A stretch of DNA of 64,000 bases, taken from Lachnospiraceae bacterium (GTDB lineage Bacteria > Bacillota > Clostridia > Lachnospirales > Lachnospiraceae). A model generated the notes under the pieces. It was not told where the DNA came from. It searched no databases and saw only the letters and a program-made list of their open reading frames with translations. Positions 28,246 to 37,479 of the stretch are shown one piece after another; the stretch's first letter is position 1, and each line of letters starts with the position of its first letter. The position numbers were made by a program, and so were the translations under genes. The DNA is taken from assembly GCA_017935565.1 (NCBI GenBank), contig JAGBHK010000021.1, positions 39,681-103,680 on the forward strand, written 5' to 3'.

Positions 28246-28791
28246 CTATAACATTCTTAATTTATTAAATGGGTAACATACAAACCATATCTTACCAAGA
28301 ATATCATCTTTACTAATATTTCCTACATATTCAAAACGACTATCTTCACTAACATTTCGATTATCACCCATAACAAAATATTCATTGTCACCAATTACAA
28401 TCGCTTCATCAACATAACCACTTTCAAATTTTCCATCAAAATATTTATCTTCTATTTCTTCACCATCAATATATATTGTATTATCAATAATTTGAACAGT
28501 TTCACCTGGCAATCCGATTATTCTTTTTATTGATACATCACCACTTCTAGATACATATGCAATAACATCAAATCTTTTGGGTTCTTTTAATTCATATGAC
28601 AATTGGTCTAATAATACCATTTCCTCATTTTCAACAATAGGATTCATCGAATTACCTGAAACAACTGCACTTTCACCATAATAATTAATAATAAACAATG
28701 CAAATACAACAACTAGAATAATATCAACTACCCATTTTAGTATAACATCAAATATTAAATTTTTCTTTGAATCTTCATCATTCATTCTCAT
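28246..28791 (-). CDS. lepB: Signal peptidase I (S26), paralog 3
   Basis: 181 aa. GNSMNPI, SIKRIIGLP, GDNRNVSEDSR. Confidence 0.9.
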   Translation of the reverse strand: MRMNDEDSKKNLIFDVILKWVVDIILVVVFALFIINYYGESAVVSGNSMNPIVENEEMVLLDQLSYELKEPKRFDVIAYVSRSGDVSIKRIIGLPGETVQIIDNTIYIDGEEIEDKYFDGKFESGYVDEAIVIGDNEYFVMGDNRNVSEDSRFEYVGNISKDDILGKIWFVCYPFNKLRML

Positions 28792-28802
28792 AATATCACC
28801 TT

Positions 28803-28842
28803 AAAACACAAAGAGACAAATACAATCGCTTGCATTTGTCTC
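28803..28842 (-). terminator. Terminator downstream of rplS
   Basis: gagacaaat (28813-21)/atttgtctc (28834-42) stem followed on the minus strand by TTTGTGTTTT. Confidence 0.65.
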
Positions 28843-28854
28843 ATTTTAATTGAA

Positions 28855-29199
28855 TTATTTTACTAATTCTTTAACCTTAGCAGCCTTACCTACTCTGTCT
28901 CTTAAGTAGTTAAGTTTAGCTCTTCTTACCTTACCAAGTCTTACAACTTCAATCTTTTCGATTGTTGGTGAGTGTAATGGCCATGTCTTTTCTACGCCGA
29001 TACCATTAGAGTTCTTTCTAACTGTGAAAGTTTCTCTTGAGCTTCCGCCCTGTCTCTTAATAACAGTTCCTTCGAAAACCTGAACTCTTTCTCTGTTACC
29101 TTCTTTGATTTTAGCATAAACTTTAACTGTATCACCTACGTTAAATTCTGCTACTTCTTTTAACTGAGCTGCTTCAATATTTTTGATAATTTCGTTCAT
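28855..29199 (-). CDS. rplS: 50S ribosomal protein L19
   Basis: Start taken at [14 protein letters not shown] (AAGGAGG upstream). 114 aa, canonical L19. Confidence 0.95.
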   Translation of the reverse strand: MNEIIKNIEAAQLKEVAEFNVGDTVKVYAKIKEGNRERVQVFEGTVIKRQGGSSRETFTVRKNSNGIGVEKTWPLHSPTIEKIEVVRLGKVRRAKLNYLRDRVGKAAKVKELVK

Positions 29200-29285
29200 T
29201 TGTGTGAACCTCCTTAAAATAATCGATGTTCTTAAATACCTAAATATGTAACAGAGGAACATCTCGTCTTAATCACAACATTCAA

Positions 29286-29314
29286 ATATTATCATAAAAA
29301 CTATATATATGCAA
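29286..29314 (-). promoter_or_regulatory. Putative sigma-A promoter of rplS, followed by a ~85-nt leader
   Basis: Minus strand: TTGCAT (29314-29309), 17-nt spacer, TAATAT (29291-29286). The leader contains a gatgttc...gaacatc stem, so it could be an L19-type autoregulatory leader. That is unverified. Confidence 0.5.
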
Positions 29315-29327
29315 GTGTTTTTTTAAA

Positions 29328-30224
29328 TTATTGTACAACCAATACTAATTTTTCTTTATTTGATACATTCTTATCACTATCAGTTACATAATATGTAAGA
29401 TTATATGTTCCTGGAACATTTACATCATATTCACCAATAATGATAACTCGTCTACTAACATCATCTTTATCATCATACCACTCGCCAAGGGCTGACATGA
29501 AATTAAATCGTTCACCCTTTTTAATAACCATGCGACTGTATTTCATCCTTATCTGAGGTATACCTGTCTCATCAACTTCAGCTCTATTAATTGGCTCAAA
29601 TACAATTGTCTCATCTTCTAATTGTTCAACCTGAGTTGTCGTTGTAGTTTCAATTTCTTGTGGTTCTTTTTTTGTAGTAGTTTCTTCAGCTTTTGTTGTA
29701 GTTTCACCAGGTGTTTCATTTTCAATCGAACTTGATGTCACATTTGAATCACTTGATGAAGTCTCATTATTAACCGAACTTGAACTTGCATCGTTAGCAC
29801 TTTCTTCGCCCGACTCTTCACCTGATTCTTCGCCTGACTCTTCATCATTAAAAATTGCTTCATCTAATACTGAAAAATCAATAAACTCTTTAGTGCCAGT
29901 ATATGCAATTGCTTTTGACACCTCTGTTACATTGTTACTACTATCTTTTGCTGAATAATGAACAATAATTTCACCTCTATCAACAAAAACATTAATATTC
30001 TGTATTCTTATAGAATCTGTAACATCACCATCTTTGTCATCAAGTGCTGTAACACCTTGTAATAACAATTCAACATCATCATTTTCATTGAAAGTCGAAA
30101 CGCAATCATCTGTAAAATCAATATAAGGACCTACTCTATCTCTGCTTCCAACTATCAAAATAACTAGAAGAAATATGATGGCTGATATAACCAATATTAA
30201 TTTAGGTAAAGTTCTATTTTTCAT
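29328..30224 (-). CDS. Membrane-anchored surface protein with two Ig-like (DUF5011-like) repeats and a Ser/Thr/Glu-rich linker
   Basis: 298 aa. N-terminal TM. Motifs DDKDGDVTDSIRIQ and NVPGTYNLTYYVTDSDKN are typical of DUF5011-type Ig folds. EESG x3 and T-rich linker. Confidence 0.6.
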   Translation of the reverse strand: MKNRTLPKLILVISAIIFLLVILIVGSRDRVGPYIDFTDDCVSTFNENDDVELLLQGVTALDDKDGDVTDSIRIQNINVFVDRGEIIVHYSAKDSSNNVTEVSKAIAYTGTKEFIDFSVLDEAIFNDEESGEESGEESGEESANDASSSSVNNETSSSDSNVTSSSIENETPGETTTKAEETTTKKEPQEIETTTTTQVEQLEDETIVFEPINRAEVDETGIPQIRMKYSRMVIKKGERFNFMSALGEWYDDKDDVSRRVIIIGEYDVNVPGTYNLTYYVTDSDKNVSNKEKLVLVVQ

Positions 30225-30249
30225 AAATGCACCTAAACCTTTCGCCTAA

Positions 30250-30969
30250 CTATTCTTTTTCGTAACTACCGTAAGAACCATAACTTCCGTAATATTTACC
30301 ATAATACTTACCATAATATTTGCCATAGTAACCATTATCACCTGTTGGAACCTTATTAAGTACCGCACCAAGTATCTTACAGTTACATTTTTCTAACTGA
30401 AGTTTTGTGTTTTTAGCAAATTTATGACTGATTTCACCGTGACCTATAACAAATATAGCGCCATCACTATTCTGTGCTACAATTACACCGTCAACAACAC
30501 TTCCAATAGGTGGTGTATCCAAAATAATGTAGTCATATACTGATTTTTGTTTTCTAAGCATTGACTTAAATTTGTTACCACCTAAAAGTTCAGCTGGGTT
30601 AGGTGGTACAGGACCTGAGAATATAACATGAAGATTTTCAACATTTGTTGCATAAACAACTTCTTCATAATCATTAAGTCCTGAAAGATACTGAGATAAA
30701 CCTTTAACACTCTTATTTACCTTATATCTTCCGATAAGAACGGATTTTCTCATATCACAGTCAACAAATGCAACCTTTTTACCAACCTCTGCCAATGATT
30801 TAGCAAGATTAAAAGCAACTGAACTTTTTCCTTCATTTGGAATGTTACTTGTTACAGAAATAATCTTAACCTCTTCACCACAAAGCTGTACATTAGTTCT
30901 AAGTCTCTTATATGCTTCATTTACAACATTATCAAGTTTTTTAATTTTATCTATATTTATACTTTGCAT
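30250..30969 (-). CDS. CpsD/CapB-family bacterial tyrosine kinase (BY-kinase catalytic subunit)
   Basis: 239 aa. Walker A NEGKSSVA, Walker A' VDCDMRK, Walker B ILDTPP. C-terminal tyrosine cluster GYYGKYYGKYYGKYYGSYGSYGSY. Confidence 0.9.
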   Translation of the reverse strand: MQSINIDKIKKLDNVVNEAYKRLRTNVQLCGEEVKIISVTSNIPNEGKSSVAFNLAKSLAEVGKKVAFVDCDMRKSVLIGRYKVNKSVKGLSQYLSGLNDYEEVVYATNVENLHVIFSGPVPPNPAELLGGNKFKSMLRKQKSVYDYIILDTPPIGSVVDGVIVAQNSDGAIFVIGHGEISHKFAKNTKLQLEKCNCKILGAVLNKVPTGDNGYYGKYYGKYYGKYYGSYGSYGSYEKE

Positions 30970-31001
30970 ATCATCTATTCCTTTCCTTAAGTTGAATTAT
31001 A

Positions 31002-31793
31002 CTATCTAACAACTTCTCTCTTTTGTTTCTTTTCTGGACGAAGAGGTTTCTTGTTTGTTGGTTTCTTTTCTCCGTCATACTCAGCTTCTTCCATAATTGG
31101 AATAGATGCAAGTGTACTCATTCCTAAATATCTTTCAATATCTTCTGGTGATTTAATTGTATCATCCATAATAAATCTAACAACGATAACTACAATCGAC
31201 AAAAACACACCAACTAAAGCACCGATAATAACATTTCTTGCCACATTTGGGCTAGAAGGTGATTTTGGATATGTTGCAGCATCCACACACTGAACACCAG
31301 GTACATCAACTATTCTAACAATAGCTTTTTCTGATGCAATTCTAACAGCATTAGCTATCTCCTGTGCTCTACCAGGGTCTGTGTCTTCAACTGTTATCTT
31401 AATAATCTGTGTATCAGTAATGTTCTCAACTTTAACCATTCCTTTAAGTTTTGCAACACTCATATCAAGTTCAAGAACATCAATAACTTCTTCAAAAACC
31501 GTGTTACTTTGAACTATTTCAACGTAGTTCTTTGATAAATAATTACCTGTAACAAAGTCGCTCTGATCAAGATTTCCAGACTGCTCCTCATTTTTTACTA
31601 CAAATGTTGTTGTAACCGACTGATAAGTAGGTTTTACCAATAATTTTGTGTAAGCAAATGCTAAAACTCCAACTAATACTCCGCATGCAAGAATAATAAA
31701 TAACTTGTCTAATAACAAATAAAATATCTGCTTTAAGTCAATTTCTACTTCTTCTCTGTTGTTCTGTTCCATTAGTCTAACCTGGCCTTTCAT
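31002..31793 (-). CDS. Wzz/CpsC-type chain-length determinant (BY-kinase transmembrane activator)
   Basis: 263 aa. Two TM segments flank an extracytoplasmic domain. Basic C-terminal tail. Lies directly upstream of the kinase. Confidence 0.85.
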   Translation of the reverse strand: MKGQVRLMEQNNREEVEIDLKQIFYLLLDKLFIILACGVLVGVLAFAYTKLLVKPTYQSVTTTFVVKNEEQSGNLDQSDFVTGNYLSKNYVEIVQSNTVFEEVIDVLELDMSVAKLKGMVKVENITDTQIIKITVEDTDPGRAQEIANAVRIASEKAIVRIVDVPGVQCVDAATYPKSPSSPNVARNVIIGALVGVFLSIVVIVVRFIMDDTIKSPEDIERYLGMSTLASIPIMEEAEYDGEKKPTNKKPLRPEKKQKREVVR

Positions 31794-31797
31794 TATA

Positions 31798-32517
31798 TTA
31801 TCTTGTTATATTAAAATACTTAACAGGATTATTGATTAACAATTCATCCCTGTATTCTTTACCGAATTTTTTTTCGATATAATCTGCGCACTTTTTCATA
31901 TCAGGCGTACGCTCCTTTATGTCATGAGCATCAGTCCCAATAAAATGCAACATATCATACTTCATAAGCATCTTTATGAATTTTTTAACCTTACCACCGA
32001 TTTTTCCAATCACTGATGACGCATTAACCTGAATCAATGCACCTCTATTTATAATTTCCTCAATATCATCATACGCTTCAATCATAGAAACATATCTTTC
32101 GACATGAGCAAGCACTGGTGTATACCCGCAGCAAGTAATCTTATAAAGACAATCTTTTATATATTTAGCACTATCCATAGGTCTAAACTCAACCAAGATA
32201 TGCTTCGAATCATTCATCGACAAAATCTTGTCATTTTCCAACAGTTCAATGCAATCCTCACTAAACATAAGTTCAGTTCCCAAATATAAATTAACATCAA
32301 AACCATTGTCTTTGACATGTTTTTTTAAAGTTTCAAGTTCTTTAAAAAACCGCTCTTTACTATGCTCTAATCTTCCCGGTTTATAATGTGGTGTCAAAAT
32401 GATATCTGTAATTCCGCTTTTAGCAGCAATCTCAATCATACCAATAGATTCAGCCAAATCTTTTGAACCATCATCCACCCCTGGAATTATATGACAATGT
32501 ATATCACAGTATCCCAT
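31798..32517 (-). CDS. CpsB/CapC-type PHP-family tyrosine-protein phosphatase
   Basis: 239 aa. N-terminal DIHCHIIPGVDDG, plus THY/HVER/TDAH metal-ligand motifs. Confidence 0.9.
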   Translation of the reverse strand: MGYCDIHCHIIPGVDDGSKDLAESIGMIEIAAKSGITDIILTPHYKPGRLEHSKERFFKELETLKKHVKDNGFDVNLYLGTELMFSEDCIELLENDKILSMNDSKHILVEFRPMDSAKYIKDCLYKITCCGYTPVLAHVERYVSMIEAYDDIEEIINRGALIQVNASSVIGKIGGKVKKFIKMLMKYDMLHFIGTDAHDIKERTPDMKKCADYIEKKFGKEYRDELLINNPVKYFNITR

Positions 32518-32564
32518 TTAAGATACCTCCTTTACCACATTGTATTCTATCATAGAAAGACTTT

Positions 32565-33269
32565 TTATTCAACACTTCTATGGATAAACTTTTCATATAA
32601 ATCAGGTCTTTTTTCTTTTGTTTCCCTTATCGACTCTGCCATGCGCCATTCCTCAATTTTTTTATGATTTCCACTGAGTAAAACTTCTGGTACTTTCATA
32701 TCCATAAAAGTCTCTGGTCTGGTGTATTGAGGATGTTCAAGTAAATCATCTGTAAAACTTTCAGTAACTGCTGAATCCTCATTGTTAAGCACGCCTTTAA
32801 TATGCCTTGAAATAGCATCAATCATAACCATTGCAGGCAATTCGCCACCTGTAAGCACAAAATCACCAAGTGAAACTTCATCTGTAACAATCAAATCCAA
32901 AGCTCTTTGGTCAATGCCTTCGTAATGACCGCATAAAAAGACAATATTTTCTTCTTTTGCAAGTTCTGTCGCCATTTTTTGATTAAAAACCTTACCTTTA
33001 GGTGACATAAATAAAACTTTTGGTGGTTTTCCCGTCATTTTCTGTCGAATATCTTGAAAACAATCATATACTGGAGCAGCCTTTATTACCATTCCCGCAC
33101 CTCCACCGTATGGATAATCATCAACGTGGCCATGCTTATCATTAGAATAATCTCTTATATTCACTGGATTAATTGAAATAAGACCGTTATTCACTGCTCG
33201 TCCAATAATGCTTTCATTGAGTCCGTTCATTACCATTTCAGGAAACAATGTCATAATATAATAATTCAT
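32565..33269 (-). CDS. trmD: tRNA (guanine37-N1)-methyltransferase
   Basis: 234 aa. DDYPYGGGAGMV and GHYEGIDQR motifs. Confidence 0.95.
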   Translation of the reverse strand: MNYYIMTLFPEMVMNGLNESIIGRAVNNGLISINPVNIRDYSNDKHGHVDDYPYGGGAGMVIKAAPVYDCFQDIRQKMTGKPPKVLFMSPKGKVFNQKMATELAKEENIVFLCGHYEGIDQRALDLIVTDEVSLGDFVLTGGELPAMVMIDAISRHIKGVLNNEDSAVTESFTDDLLEHPQYTRPETFMDMKVPEVLLSGNHKKIEEWRMAESIRETKEKRPDLYEKFIHRSVE

Positions 33270-33282
33270 AATCTAAATCCCT

Positions 33283-33789
33283 TTATAATAAACCATCAAG
33301 AATATGCACTGTGATTTTATTTTCATCTAAATTAACATCAAGTACTGTTTCATCGATAACAGGCAATAATAACTCTCTACCGTCATCTAAATTTATAACG
33401 TAAACATCATTAGCGCCAGTCTGCATAACATCATATAATACGCCAATTTTGTTTCCTTCCTCATCATAAATGTCCATATCAATTAAATCTGCAATGTAAT
33501 ACTCATTTTCCTCAAGTGGTACCGCATTTTCTCTTGATACGTATAAATCTTTACCTTTATATTTTTCAACATCATTGATATCATCAATGCCTTCAAACTT
33601 AACAATAACAAGATTCTTAAAGAATCTAACATTTTTTATTTTCAATGTAATGTTTTCCTTTTCAGGATTAATTACAACTTCTTTCAAATCATAATATCTA
33701 TCAGCATCATCAGTTGTAGGAAAAACCTTAACTTCGCCCTTTAATCCGTGAGTATTTGTAATAACACCAACTCTAAAATAATTTTCCAT
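33283..33789 (-). CDS. rimM: 16S rRNA processing protein RimM
   Basis: 168 aa. VGVITNTHGLKGEVKV N-terminus. rimM-trmD synteny. Confidence 0.9.
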   Translation of the reverse strand: MENYFRVGVITNTHGLKGEVKVFPTTDDADRYYDLKEVVINPEKENITLKIKNVRFFKNLVIVKFEGIDDINDVEKYKGKDLYVSRENAVPLEENEYYIADLIDMDIYDEEGNKIGVLYDVMQTGANDVYVINLDDGRELLLPVIDETVLDVNLDENKITVHILDGLL

Positions 33790-33854
33790 AGCACACTAAC
33801 CTCCATTATTTGCAACAAAGGTGAGCCAGGCTTTTGTCTGACTCACCTTAAATC

Positions 33855-34085
33855 TTACTGTAAAATGTCTACAATAACTTTCTTATCTTCCTTTGTAGAA
33901 GCTGCCTTTACAACAGAACGAATAGCCTTAGCTATACGACCCTGCTTACCGATAACCTTACCCATATCATTCTTTGCTACCTTAAGCTCGATAATAAGTG
34001 CGTTGCCATCTTCTCTTTCAGTTACAACAACTTCTTCAGGAGAATCTACTAATGCTTTTGCAATTATTTCTACTAATTCTCTCAT
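33855..34085 (-). CDS. KH domain RNA-binding protein (YlqC-like)
   Basis: 76 aa. VAKNDMGKVIGKQGRIAKAIR KH motif. Lies between rpsP and rimM. Confidence 0.9.
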   Translation of the reverse strand: MRELVEIIAKALVDSPEEVVVTEREDGNALIIELKVAKNDMGKVIGKQGRIAKAIRSVVKAASTKEDKKVIVDILQ

Positions 34086-34118
34086 TGTTGCCTCTTTTCT
34101 GCAAATTCGCAGTATCTA

Positions 34119-34364
34119 TTATTTTTCGATACCAGCCTGCTTTAATAACTTAGCTACTGTTTCTGTTGGCTGTGCACCATTGCCTAACCACTTCTTTGTT
34201 AATTCTTCATTGAATGTTACTGCACTTGGTTCAACTGTTGGGTCATAAGTACCTACTTCTTCGATAAATCTTCCATCTCTTGGTGATCTTGAATCTGCAA
34301 CTACTATTCTATAGAAAGGTGCTTTCTTCTGACCCATTCTTCTTAATCTCATCTTTACTGCCAT
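34119..34364 (-). CDS. rpsP: 30S ribosomal protein S16
   Basis: 81 aa. [35 protein letters not shown] is canonical S16. Confidence 0.95.
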   Translation of the reverse strand: MAVKMRLRRMGQKKAPFYRIVVADSRSPRDGRFIEEVGTYDPTVEPSAVTFNEELTKKWLGNGAQPTETVAKLLKQAGIEK

Positions 34365-34439
34365 TTTTAATTTCCTCCATTTTTAAAATAAAATAATTAA
34401 ATGTTTTTAGAGCCATATTTACACAGCTCTGTGATATAG

Positions 34440-35786
34440 TTAGAATGGAAACTTAAATCGTCCCATTTTACCACCGCGTTTACCGCCCATCATACCTGAA
34501 AACTGTTTCATCATCTTTTTAGACTGTTCGAACTGCTTCACAAGTCTGTTTACTTCTGCAATATCAACACCTGCACCTTTTGCAATTCGATACTTTCTCG
34601 AAGGATTCAGTATACTAGGGTTACTCCTTTCTTTAGGAGTCATGGATAATATGATTGCTTCAATTCTACCTAAAGCCTTTTCATCTGGCAACTGCGCACC
34701 TTTAAGTTGTGCACCCATACCAGGCATCATATTAAGGATTTCAGCCATACCACCCATATTTTTCATCTGAGCCATAGATTCAAGATAATCGTTAAAGTCA
34801 AATTCGGCCTTACGCATCTTCTTTTCCATCTCTTTGGCTTTTTCAGCATCAATATTTGCCTCGGCCTTTTCAATGAGAGAAAGTACATCTCCCATACCTA
34901 AGATTCTTGAAGCCATTCTATCAGGATGGAACTGCTCAATGTCTGTTAATTTTTCACCTGTTGATACATACAAAATAGGTTTTCCTGTGACACTCTTAAT
35001 CGAAAGTGCCGCACCACCTCTTGTATCACCATCAAGTTTTGTAAGGATTACACCGTCAATACCAATCTTTTCTTCAAAGTTAGATGCAACATTTACCGCA
35101 TCCTGACCTGTCATAGAGTCAACAACTAATATAGTCTGATGTATATCTATGTTCTCTCTGATTTTAGCAAGTTCGTTCATCATGTCCTCATCAACATGAA
35201 GTCGACCAGCCGTATCAAGGATAACCACATTCATACCATTGCTCTTTGCATGCTCAATAGCAGCCTTTGCAATGTTTACCGGTTCATGTTTTGTACCCAT
35301 CTCAAATACAGGTACATCAACCTTTTCACCATTAATCTTCAACTGTTCAATCGCTGCAGGTCTGTAAATATCACAACCAACTAAAAGTGGCTTACGACCT
35401 TTGCTCTTAAACTTTGATGCTAACTTTGCAGCAGTTGTTGTCTTACCTGCACCCTGAAGACCCATCATCATAATGACTGTAATCTCGTTAGATGGCTTCA
35501 ATGAAATCTCAGTGGTTTCAGAACCCATAAGGCTAACCATCTCTTCATTAACAATCTTTATAACCATCTGTCCAGGTGTAAGACTTGTCATTACTTCAGA
35601 ACCAACGGCTCTTTCGGTAACGCTGTTAATGAACTGCTTAACAACTTTAAAACTAACGTCCGCTTCCAAAAGCGCCATCTTAACTTCTTTTAAAGCAGCC
35701 TTTACATCACTTTCAGTAAGTTTACCCTTGCTTCTTAAGTTTTTGAAAATATTTTGCAATTTATCTGACAAGCTTTCAAATGCCAT
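34440..35786 (-). CDS. ffh: Signal recognition particle protein Ffh
   Basis: 448 aa. NG domain GLQGAGKTT, DTAGR, TKLDGD. Met-rich M domain. Confidence 0.95.
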   Translation of the reverse strand: MAFESLSDKLQNIFKNLRSKGKLTESDVKAALKEVKMALLEADVSFKVVKQFINSVTERAVGSEVMTSLTPGQMVIKIVNEEMVSLMGSETTEISLKPSNEITVIMMMGLQGAGKTTTAAKLASKFKSKGRKPLLVGCDIYRPAAIEQLKINGEKVDVPVFEMGTKHEPVNIAKAAIEHAKSNGMNVVILDTAGRLHVDEDMMNELAKIRENIDIHQTILVVDSMTGQDAVNVASNFEEKIGIDGVILTKLDGDTRGGAALSIKSVTGKPILYVSTGEKLTDIEQFHPDRMASRILGMGDVLSLIEKAEANIDAEKAKEMEKKMRKAEFDFNDYLESMAQMKNMGGMAEILNMMPGMGAQLKGAQLPDEKALGRIEAIILSMTPKERSNPSILNPSRKYRIAKGAGVDIAEVNRLVKQFEQSKKMMKQFSGMMGGKRGGKMGRFKFPF

Positions 35787-35804
35787 AACAAATCCTTTCC
35801 GAAT

Positions 35805-36149
35805 CTACATCTCTTCTAGTATACTCTGTGTAATTTTAGTAATCTCTTTAACTAATTCAATATCCTTAGTTTCTTCTAATTTGATTGCAAGTTTTTCAAT
35901 ATTCGCAACTTCATCCTTTGCTTTTAAAAACTTTTCTACCAAATGAAGTTTTTCTTCGTAGCCTTCAAGAATCTTACCACATCTTTTCACAAGATCATGT
36001 ACACCCTGACGACTAATGCCTCTTTCAAGAGCAATCTCACTAAGCCCTATGTCATTTAAAATATAATCTTCATAGACACTCTTTTGATGTTCAGTTAAAA
36101 GTTCTCCATAAAAATCATACAATAAAGCTTGTTTTACAATACTTTCCAT
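35805..36149 (-). CDS. ylxM: YlxM (UPF0122) putative DNA-binding protein
   Basis: 114 aa. LLYDFYGELLTEHQ...EIALERGISRQGVHD HTH motif. Lies immediately upstream of ffh. Confidence 0.85.
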   Translation of the reverse strand: MESIVKQALLYDFYGELLTEHQKSVYEDYILNDIGLSEIALERGISRQGVHDLVKRCGKILEGYEEKLHLVEKFLKAKDEVANIEKLAIKLEETKDIELVKEITKITQSILEEM

Positions 36150-36195
36150 AAAACACCTACTTTGATACTTTTAGCACCGTAGGATATAATACAAC

Positions 36196-36235
36196 ATAAA
36201 AAAGAATGTGTCAAGTATTTTTTCTTGACACATTC
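36196..36235 (-). terminator. Terminator downstream of ilvA
   Basis: 12-bp stem gaatgtgtcaag (36204-15)/cttgacacattc (36224-35) followed on the minus strand by TTTTTTAT. Confidence 0.7.
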
Positions 36236-36243
36236 AAAATATC

Positions 36244-37464
36244 CTACAAATTTGTTCTAACAATCTTTGGCTTATAACCCATTTCCTCTAACTTATCAAC
36301 TATCTGCTGCTTATGTTCTGCACCAAATGTTTCAAGTGTAATTCTAAGTTCTACCTGAGCATTTCTGTTAATATTTACAAACTGATTATGCTCCAATTTA
36401 ACAACATTACCCTGCTGTTCTGCAACAACCTGTGCAACACGTACAAGTTCACCTGGCTTATCAGGAAGAAGTACTGATACAGTAAAGATTCTTCCTCTCT
36501 GGATAAGTCCATGCTGTAATGTAGATGACATTGTGATAATATCCATATTACCACCACTTAAGATAGATACAACCTTCTTATCCTTGCAGTCAAGATGTTT
36601 AAGCGCAGCAACTGTAAGTAAACCAGAGTTCTCGCATACCATCTTGTGATTTTCAACCATATCAAGGAATACATCTATAAGTTCATCATCGCTTACAGTA
36701 ATGATATCATCAATATTCTTCTGAATATAAGGGAATACAATGCTACCGCCAGTCTTAACTGCTGTACCATCAGCAATTGTAAGAGCCGAAGGCAATGTAA
36801 CGATTTCGCCCTTTTCTAAAGAAGCCTTCATACAAGCAGCGCCTTCTGGTTCAACACCGATAACCTTAATGTTTGGATTAAGCATCTTTGCCAATGCACT
36901 AACACCACAAGCAAGTCCGCCGCCACCAATTGGTACAAGTATGTAATCAACTGTTGGAAGTTCCTTGAAAATTTCCATAGCGATTGTTCCCTGTCCTGTG
37001 GCAACTTCTAAATCATCGAAAGGATGTACAAATGTAAGTCCCTTTTCTTCTGATAATCTATAAGCCTCAGCGCAAGCTTCGTCGTATACATTTCCATGAA
37101 GCACAACATTTGCACCATAGCTTCTTGTTCTGTTAACTTTCATAAGAGGTGTAACTGTAGGCATAACAACTGTTGCATCAACACCATACATTTTCGCTGC
37201 ATTGGCAACACCCTGGGCATGGTTACCAGCAGAAGCTGTAACAAGTCCCTTTGCTCTTTCTTCTTCAGTTAACTGGCTAATCTTATAATAAGCACCTCTA
37301 ACCTTATATGCACCTGTAAACTGCATATTTTCAGGTTTTAAATAAACCTTATTGCCACACTGATTACTAAAAAAATCACTGTATACAAGATTTGTAGGCA
37401 ATGTAACCTTTTTAACTATCTCTGAGGCTTCCTCAAATTTTTCCAATGTCAATTCTGTCATCAT
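36244..37464 (-). CDS. ilvA: Threonine ammonia-lyase (threonine dehydratase)
   Basis: 406 aa. PLP-lysine motif FTGAYKVRGA, the GGGGL loop and a C-terminal ACT-like domain. Confidence 0.9.
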   Translation of the reverse strand: MMTELTLEKFEEASEIVKKVTLPTNLVYSDFFSNQCGNKVYLKPENMQFTGAYKVRGAYYKISQLTEEERAKGLVTASAGNHAQGVANAAKMYGVDATVVMPTVTPLMKVNRTRSYGANVVLHGNVYDEACAEAYRLSEEKGLTFVHPFDDLEVATGQGTIAMEIFKELPTVDYILVPIGGGGLACGVSALAKMLNPNIKVIGVEPEGAACMKASLEKGEIVTLPSALTIADGTAVKTGGSIVFPYIQKNIDDIITVSDDELIDVFLDMVENHKMVCENSGLLTVAALKHLDCKDKKVVSILSGGNMDIITMSSTLQHGLIQRGRIFTVSVLLPDKPGELVRVAQVVAEQQGNVVKLEHNQFVNINRNAQVELRITLETFGAEHKQQIVDKLEEMGYKPKIVRTNL

Positions 37465-37479
37465 AATAAACTACCTTCC

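Noticed and set aside
36244-37464. ilvA sitting between ftsY and ylxM-ffh, considered as a possible mobile or accessory insertion.
   Set aside because: It is a single intact biosynthetic gene with normal composition and its own terminator, and it lacks repeats or mobility genes. It is most simply a lineage-specific gene-order difference.
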